Part shown: positions 57,393 to 64,000 of the stretch, piece by piece
Position numbering within the stretch: position 1 is the first letter of the stretch
Layout of the letters: each line of letters begins with the position of its first letter
NCBI GenBank assembly: GCA_047620145.1
Contig: JBLHKO010000003.1
Span: forward strand, 5,436-69,435
DNA length: 64,000 nt
Direction: 5' to 3'
Source: Gammaproteobacteria bacterium
GTDB taxonomy: Bacteria > Pseudomonadota > Gammaproteobacteria > Eutrophobiales > Eutrophobiaceae
The notes under the pieces: generated by a model
Told to the model about the DNA's origin: nothing
The model's input: the letters and a program-made list of their open reading frames with translations, nothing else
The model's database searches: none
Made by a program: the position numbers and the translations under genes

Positions 57393-58789
57393 TGGAGAAT
57401 TCAAGAAATATCTGGATCGTCGATGATGACAAGTCAATTAGATGGGTGCTTGAAAAAGCCTTTACCAAGGCAGATTTTTCGCCGCGTTGCTTTGAAGACC
57501 CGACACAAGTATTAGCTGAACTTGAGAATGAACATCCTGATGTCATTATCTCCGATATCAGAATGCAGAAGATGGATGGAATTTCATTACTGGAAAAATT
57601 AAAGGAGCGTGTCCCTGACATTCCCGTCATTATCATGACTGCATACTCGGATCTCGATCGAGCAGTATCGGCTTTTCGTGAAGGTGCTTTTGAATATCTC
57701 TCTAAACCGTTTGATGTTGATGAAATTGTCGGCCTGGTGGAACGTGCGCTTAGAGAGAAACAGCAAGGATTAATTGAATCAGAAATCATGAGTGCCGGTG
57801 ATGTCTCTGAGATTATAGGTTCTGCTCCGGCAATGCAGGAAGTATTCAGAGCGATAGCAAGATTATCCAGTTCCAAGTTATCTGTGTTAATCACGGGCGA
57901 ATCAGGAACAGGAAAAGAACTGGTGGCCAAAGCACTGCATGTACATAGTCCGCGTGCAGAACAACCCTTCATTGCACTCAACACGGCAGCGATTCCACGG
58001 GAGTTACTTGAGTCCGAATTATTTGGACATGAAAAAGGAGCCTTCACCGGCGCGGCGGGTAGACGAACAGGTCGTTTTGAGCAGGCAGATACTGGCACCT
58101 TATTCCTGGATGAGATTGGTGACATGCCTGCGGATTTACAAACACGTTTATTACGTGTGCTGGCTGATGGAGAATTTTATCGCGTGGGTGGCCATACACC
58201 GATAAAAGTTGATGTAAGAATTATTGCAGCAACGCATCAGGACATTGAAGAACGTGTTAAAGAAGGTTCATTTCGTGAAGATTTGTTACATCGTTTGAAT
58301 GTCATACGCGTTCATGTTCCGCCTTTAAGAGAAAGGCCTGAAGACATTGTGGAATTACTCAATCATTTCCTCAAGCTTGCGGCAGCAGAATTAAAAATCG
58401 AAACAAAAAAGCTTGTGTCTGAGACGGAAAAGTTTTTACTGAATGCTGAGTGGTCGGGGAATGTCAGACAATTAGAAAATTTTTGTCGCTGGGTCACGGT
58501 GATGGCGCCTGGTAGAGACATACATGTTGATGATCTACCACCAGAACTACGTGGAAGCACAGGGTCTGGAAACTCAGCTACGGACTGGGAAGCAGGTTTG
58601 TTTAGCTGGATTAATTCAAATCTTGAGAATGGAGAAACTAATATATTAGGTGAGGCCTTACCAAAGTTTGAACGGATTATGATCGAAGCAGCACTGCAAA
58701 AGACACAGGGGAAACGTCAGGAAGCTGCGAAATTATTGGGTTGGGGAAGAAACACATTGACGCGGAAGATAAACGAACTCAATCTGTAG
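57392..58789 (+). CDS. ntrC: nitrogen regulation response regulator NtrC (sigma-54 activator)
   Basis: 465 aa. REC domain (IWIVDDD, VIISDIRM), AAA+ domain (GESGTGKE, ESELFGHEKGAFTGA), and a C-terminal Fis-type HTH. The start overlaps the ntrB stop (TAATG). Confidence 0.95.
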   Translation: MENSRNIWIVDDDKSIRWVLEKAFTKADFSPRCFEDPTQVLAELENEHPDVIISDIRMQKMDGISLLEKLKERVPDIPVIIMTAYSDLDRAVSAFREGAFEYLSKPFDVDEIVGLVERALREKQQGLIESEIMSAGDVSEIIGSAPAMQEVFRAIARLSSSKLSVLITGESGTGKELVAKALHVHSPRAEQPFIALNTAAIPRELLESELFGHEKGAFTGAAGRRTGRFEQADTGTLFLDEIGDMPADLQTRLLRVLADGEFYRVGGHTPIKVDVRIIAATHQDIEERVKEGSFREDLLHRLNVIRVHVPPLRERPEDIVELLNHFLKLAAAELKIETKKLVSETEKFLLNAEWSGNVRQLENFCRWVTVMAPGRDIHVDDLPPELRGSTGSGNSATDWEAGLFSWINSNLENGETNILGEALPKFERIMIEAALQKTQGKRQEAAKLLGWGRNTLTRKINELNL

Positions 58790-58834
58790 ACATCAGTAAC
58801 TTCATTGTAGAGGTCAGTTCAATAGGTAAACAGG

Positions 58835-59350
58835 TTATTTATTTAGTTCTGTCCAGACAGAGGTTTCTTTCGATTCAATATTATCGTCAATAGTATTGCG
58901 ATATTTAATCTGTAAGCCATTTAGGTAATTACGCAAAATCTGATCTTGACAGTTTCGGTAATGTTTATGACCTGGCTTCCGGAAAAATGCACTTAATTCG
59001 TGTTTGCTAATACGAAAATCAACCAGGCCTAGAACATCCAACACATCTTCAGCTTTTAGATTTAGCGCAATCTTTAATTTCATGAAAATAATATTGTTCG
59101 TTAAGCGCTTTTCTGGATCGGGTTGCGGCCCTTCTTTTTTACCTCGTTTATCGTTAATCAAACCATTCAGAAAAATGGCCAGTAGAGTGTCGTTACACTC
59201 TTGATACGCCGGATCATCATCTTTTTTCAACCATGCGCTGATCTGCTCTCGCGTTACCTGATGATTAGCCAAACCAAATACAGCAATCATTTTCGAATCA
59301 TTAAAGTCGAAGGTATAGCGAAGTCGGCGCAAAATATCATTATTCGTCAT
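58835..59350 (-). CDS. DUF1456 family protein (YehS-like)
   Basis: 171 aa. MTNNDILRRLRYTFDFNDSKMIAVF and a second internal repeat of the same module. Confidence 0.8.
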   Translation of the reverse strand: MTNNDILRRLRYTFDFNDSKMIAVFGLANHQVTREQISAWLKKDDDPAYQECNDTLLAIFLNGLINDKRGKKEGPQPDPEKRLTNNIIFMKLKIALNLKAEDVLDVLGLVDFRISKHELSAFFRKPGHKHYRNCQDQILRNYLNGLQIKYRNTIDDNIESKETSVWTELNK

Positions 59351-59577
59351 TAATATGTCCTGATTTGAACGAGATTTTTCTATAATAATTTATTTTATTG
59401 TTCATAAATGAACTTAACAGTTTACTCTACGGAGGCTTCCGACTATATCTACTTTATGTCTAATAGCTATTAATTATTATTTTACAAGAGACTTTAGAAT
59501 ACCTTGATTGCTTTATACCTTGTACGCCATAATCCACATCCTTTTTCATTTGGTCTTTTCTCAACTGGCGACATTTT

Positions 59578-60483
59578 ATGTGGTTTAAAAATCTTCGTAT
59601 CTACCGACTCACCAAAGAAATTGATTTATCTACTGAAACGCTTGAAGCAGCTTTAGAAGGGCATAATTTTAGTCCTTGCGCCAATATGGATTTTTCCCGC
59701 TACGGTTGGGTGGCACCTTTAGGCAGGAATAGCGAGCTATATACGCACAGTAGTGGTGGTTACACCATGATTTGTGCGCGCAAGCAGGAGAAGATTCTAC
59801 CCCCCGCAGCAGTGAATGAAATGGTTGAAGAGAAAGTCACCGATTTTGAAGCGGATCAGGCACGTAACATTTATCGTAAAGAACGGCGTAACATTAAAGA
59901 TGACGTGATCCATAGCCTGTTACCCAGAGCGTTGACCCGATCTTTTCTTATCTATGCGTACTTTGACCTGAAAAATAATTTACTGATCATAAATGCAGCC
60001 AGTGCCAATAAAGCTGAAGAATTTCTGGATCACCTACGCGCAACATTAGGCACTTTACCGGTGGTACCGTTAACCTGCCTTGGTGATGCCGCTGATGTCA
60101 TGACACGTTGGCTAAATCAGCAGGCACCGAAAGGATTTGATCTGAATAATGAGTGCGAATTACAAAGTGCTCGTGAAAGTAAAAATATTATACGCTGTAA
60201 AAATCAAGAGTTGGAAAGTGACGAAGTCATGAGTCATTTGAAAGCAGGAAAGCGAGTAACGCAGCTTGCTATTATCTGGCGAGAAAATATTGAATTTATT
60301 CTATGCGAAGATTTTGCAATTAAACGCTTACGTTTTCAGGATATTGTTCAGGAAGATGCACAAAGTGAATACGATGACGATGTGACCCAGTTCGATCAGG
60401 ATTTTTCTGTGATGACATTGCAATTAAATGAATTTATTGAGGATCTACTCAAAGAGTTCGGCGGTATAGATGCATCAAAATAA
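59578..60483 (+). CDS. rdgC: recombination-associated protein RdgC
   Basis: 301 aa with the MWFKNLRIYRL N-terminus and typical length. Confidence 0.9.
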   Translation: MWFKNLRIYRLTKEIDLSTETLEAALEGHNFSPCANMDFSRYGWVAPLGRNSELYTHSSGGYTMICARKQEKILPPAAVNEMVEEKVTDFEADQARNIYRKERRNIKDDVIHSLLPRALTRSFLIYAYFDLKNNLLIINAASANKAEEFLDHLRATLGTLPVVPLTCLGDAADVMTRWLNQQAPKGFDLNNECELQSARESKNIIRCKNQELESDEVMSHLKAGKRVTQLAIIWRENIEFILCEDFAIKRLRFQDIVQEDAQSEYDDDVTQFDQDFSVMTLQLNEFIEDLLKEFGGIDASK

Positions 60484-60538
60484 ATTATTTAAATGAAATT
60501 CACCCTGGTCTTGTAGCTTACAATTTATTGTCTACAAA

Positions 60539-61366
60539 TTAATCAAAACGAAAATAATGTACAGAGTATCCATTCAAGTCTTTCATGAATAGGTTAAGCA
60601 AAAGTCTAATTACAAATGCTGGAATTTTTGCTTCCTCCCAAAGGATACCTAACTCGCCCGCGCGCTTAAACATAGGGACTCTCTCAACTAATTTATATTT
60701 GTTAAGAATAAAAACTTTCTCTGGATTATGAGGCCGGTCTGTAAACTTAGATCCAGTAGAAACAAGTTTAGAATGGACGCTTTGTGCAAACTTATTAAAG
60801 AAAATTTTGGTCATCAAATCGCAAAGAAGCACATGCTTGGGAAATATTTTCTGAATTTCCTTGAGCGTATTTTCAATAGATTCTAGATCCAAATACATAA
60901 AAACACCCTCAATAACGATAATCGTATGAAGACTGTTATCTATTTCCTCTAACTTCTCAGTCAGTGTTTCGTTGGCGAAATCTATTGAAATTCGCCTAAG
61001 TGTATTTTTACATTCTTCGACTGGAAGTTTTTCATTCTTGTAGTTTATTATCTGCGGCTCATCTAGCTCTATCCAATTACCGCCGGTTGTTCTGTAGGGT
61101 CGCGTATCAAACCCTGCGCCGATAGTGATGATATTTATGCTACTGTTATTTTTTAATTCAATAGATACATAATCATCAATAATTCGACACCTTGTTATAT
61201 TCGAGATGTTAGGCATTTTTTCAGCTTTAAAAGGCTCATATATATTTCTTCCTCTTTCATCCATAAATCTTTCTGCATAAATATCGTTGCATACAGAACG
61301 CTTTCTTTTTGCATCCTCCATTCGTACACCACAGCAATAGAAGGCAGTATTGGAAATTGGATTCAT
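60539..61366 (-). CDS. class I SAM-dependent methyltransferase, leucine carboxyl / TcmP-like O-methyltransferase family
   Basis: 275 aa. The N-terminal NTAFYCCGVRMEDA...D.YAE.F and IITIGAGFDTRPYR are typical of LCM-family methyltransferases. The gene is noticeably AT-rich by eye. Confidence 0.65.
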   Translation of the reverse strand: MNPISNTAFYCCGVRMEDAKRKRSVCNDIYAERFMDERGRNIYEPFKAEKMPNISNITRCRIIDDYVSIELKNNSSINIITIGAGFDTRPYRTTGGNWIELDEPQIINYKNEKLPVEECKNTLRRISIDFANETLTEKLEEIDNSLHTIIVIEGVFMYLDLESIENTLKEIQKIFPKHVLLCDLMTKIFFNKFAQSVHSKLVSTGSKFTDRPHNPEKVFILNKYKLVERVPMFKRAGELGILWEEAKIPAFVIRLLLNLFMKDLNGYSVHYFRFD

Positions 61367-61454
61367 ATTTTTCTCCTAACGCAGACCATCTGACAGTTCA
61401 TTATCGGAAACTTATTAATATTTCCGTGAGATTTATTATATCTCTTTTTAAAAT

Positions 61455-62696
61455 TCAAAAATGGCCGCTGATCTCAAAAGTAACACCGTCTTCAGATCTA
61501 CCAGTCGTTCCTCGCTGAGAGCTAAAGTAGAGTCTCGATCCATCCGGGGTAAAAGCAGGGCCGGTAATCTCTGAGCGGTCATGACCGATAAGCTGTAGTA
61601 AAGGTTTTGTTTCTCCAGACTTTGTAATGACAACGATATGCAAATCTCCACCATCTTCGGCGACAAGTAATTCTCCCAAGGCATTTGAGGTAATGTTATC
61701 GACACCGGTTAATACCGGGGTGATGTACAGTGCTGCGTTATAAATAATGCTGAGATGATTGTTCTTGATGTCATAGGCATAAACGCGATCGTCACCTTTC
61801 GTAGTGAAGAAGATATTGCCTTGATGGAACCAGATTCCTTCGCCACCATTAAAGTGAGCGCTTAGTTTGACTTGTTTGCGCGTCGGCTTATCTTTTGCCT
61901 GAGGATCAGGGATTAAATGCCAGCGTAGTTTTCCTTCATGGCCATTGATGATTTCAGCGACTTCAAGAATCCCATCATCCAGATCCGGGTAGCCAGAAGT
62001 GTCAGTTGTGTTTGATGTGTAACGATATAAACATCCCTTGGGTTTATCCTCAGTAAGATAAAGTTGCATGGTGTTGGTATCAACAGCAACGGCTTCGTGT
62101 GTGAAGCTGCCTAAAGCTGATCGTAGAATAGGGTCTTTCTCACCGTAAGGATCACATTCCCAGACCTGTCCTTTTTTAATTTCTTCACAGGATAACCAGG
62201 TTCCCCATGGGGTATGCCCGCCGGCACAATTACGGCTGGTGTTATTTAATATAGGGTAGGCATTAACAAGTTTTCCATCTTTATCGAAGCGCAGCGAACC
62301 CACGCCGCCTTTACCTTTATCGAGTTCATTATTAGAGACATAGATCCAGCCACCATTGTTCGTAGCAAATGTGGCCCCACCATCAGGTGCGGGATGCCAG
62401 TCATAGCCAAAATAGTTTTGTCCTGAACGGGCGACAATGCGCGATGAAAACCCTTTTGGTAAACGTACACCATTTTCATCAGGAGGGAGTAAATCACTAA
62501 TAGTGCTCAATGATTGCAGTGAAGAGAGAGATGTTTCTGAATAAACAGACTTGGGGAATAACAGACTATTGCTGACAAACGCACCAAGCCCCATGAAACT
62601 GTATTGCAAAAATGATCGACGACGATGACTAAAACGCACTTCTTCAAATGCGCTTTTCCCGAGATTACGGCGTCGGTTTCGTGATTGAAACTTCAT
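61455..62696 (-). CDS. Tat-secreted DUF839/PhoX-family beta-propeller protein
   Basis: Twin-arginine motif SHRRRSFLQYS followed by an h-region. CAGGHTPWGTWLSCEE is typical of DUF839. It is shorter (413 aa) than characterised PhoX phosphatases. Confidence 0.7.
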   Translation of the reverse strand: MKFQSRNRRRNLGKSAFEEVRFSHRRRSFLQYSFMGLGAFVSNSLLFPKSVYSETSLSSLQSLSTISDLLPPDENGVRLPKGFSSRIVARSGQNYFGYDWHPAPDGGATFATNNGGWIYVSNNELDKGKGGVGSLRFDKDGKLVNAYPILNNTSRNCAGGHTPWGTWLSCEEIKKGQVWECDPYGEKDPILRSALGSFTHEAVAVDTNTMQLYLTEDKPKGCLYRYTSNTTDTSGYPDLDDGILEVAEIINGHEGKLRWHLIPDPQAKDKPTRKQVKLSAHFNGGEGIWFHQGNIFFTTKGDDRVYAYDIKNNHLSIIYNAALYITPVLTGVDNITSNALGELLVAEDGGDLHIVVITKSGETKPLLQLIGHDRSEITGPAFTPDGSRLYFSSQRGTTGRSEDGVTFEISGHF

Positions 62697-62808
62697 GTAT
62701 CTCTATGCATTCTGGTTTTCCATGAGCGTCTCCTTGCACTAACGAGAAATTCACTTTTGTAGGGGCTCCTTAAAAGGAAAGTCTAAACTAGTTGCAAAAA
62801 ATCATTTG

Positions 62809-62882
62809 GTCGTCATTCTGGTGCATACCAGAATCCAGTCAGAACAGTTGTCTACTTGATACTGGCCTACGCCAGTATGACG
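62809..62882. repeat. REP/MITE-like hairpin repeat, locus C
   Basis: GTCGTCATTCTGG-TGCATA-CCAGAATCCAGT ... ATACTGGC-CTAC-GCCAGTATGACGG. The outer ends (CGTCATTCTGG / CCAGTATGACG) form terminal inverted repeats around a 74-bp unit. Confidence 0.65.
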
Positions 62883-62932
62883 GATAGAGAGTCTTTATCT
62901 GAGTCTCCCTGATATTTATCTTCTATGTTGGA

Positions 62933-63985
<1,053 letters not shown>

Positions 63986-64000
63986 CTATTAAAGAGCCTT

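Noticed and set aside
57361-58125. A 254-aa ORF on the minus strand covering the first half of ntrC.
   Set aside because: It is antisense to a strongly conserved sigma-54 activator gene. Its translation is low-complexity and rich in Ser, Ala and Pro, with no motifs. This is a typical shadow ORF.

Overview
This is a 64 kb chromosomal segment from an AT-rich (about 40% GC by eye) gammaproteobacterium. The taxon cannot be named from sequence alone. All product calls rest on motifs I recognise in the supplied translations, my own translation of intergenic DNA, and remembered E. coli orthologues. No database search was run.

Most of the window is densely packed housekeeping DNA with deep E. coli-like synteny:
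- ppnN, hemE and a CPA1 antiporter
- miaB-ybeZ-ybeY-corC-lnt
- an MscS-family channel, tRNA-Met, and crp with an OsmC (yhfA-like) gene
- zur-znuACB, a DAHP synthase and a HIT protein
- rpsU-yqeY-dnaG-rpoD-tRNA-Ile2 with divergent tsaD
- plsY/folB ... uppP/cca, then slt, hemH, and trxA-rho with divergent rhlB
- lptM-lysA, cysD-cysNC, glnA-DUF4124-ntrB-ntrC, rdgC and hemB

I found no CRISPR array, rRNA, prophage or recognisable defence, toxin or secretion operon.

The leads worth a second look are:
1. A 1.7 kb remnant of an integrated element at the 3' end of tRNA-Ile2(CAU). It is bounded by a 25-bp direct repeat of the tRNA end. It holds a 774-bp IS6-family element with no target-site duplication, and a 5'-clipped gene with a double zinc ribbon plus a T5orf172/GIY-YIG-like domain.
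2. A 944-aa Na+/H+ exchanger fused to two tandem cyclic-nucleotide-binding domains.
3. Three disrupted small genes within 11 kb. Two need a missing base at A/T homopolymers. The third is a yjbQ homologue with an in-frame TGA at a conserved Gly.
4. A hairpin (REP/MITE-like) repeat family at three or more 3'-end junctions.
5. Two GC-rich, hairpin-dense non-coding patches, one of them 400 bp long between the glnA terminator and the ntrBC operon.
6. A textbook NtrC-enhancer/sigma-54 architecture upstream of glnA.

None of these is demonstrably a novel multi-gene system. I do not see one in this window.
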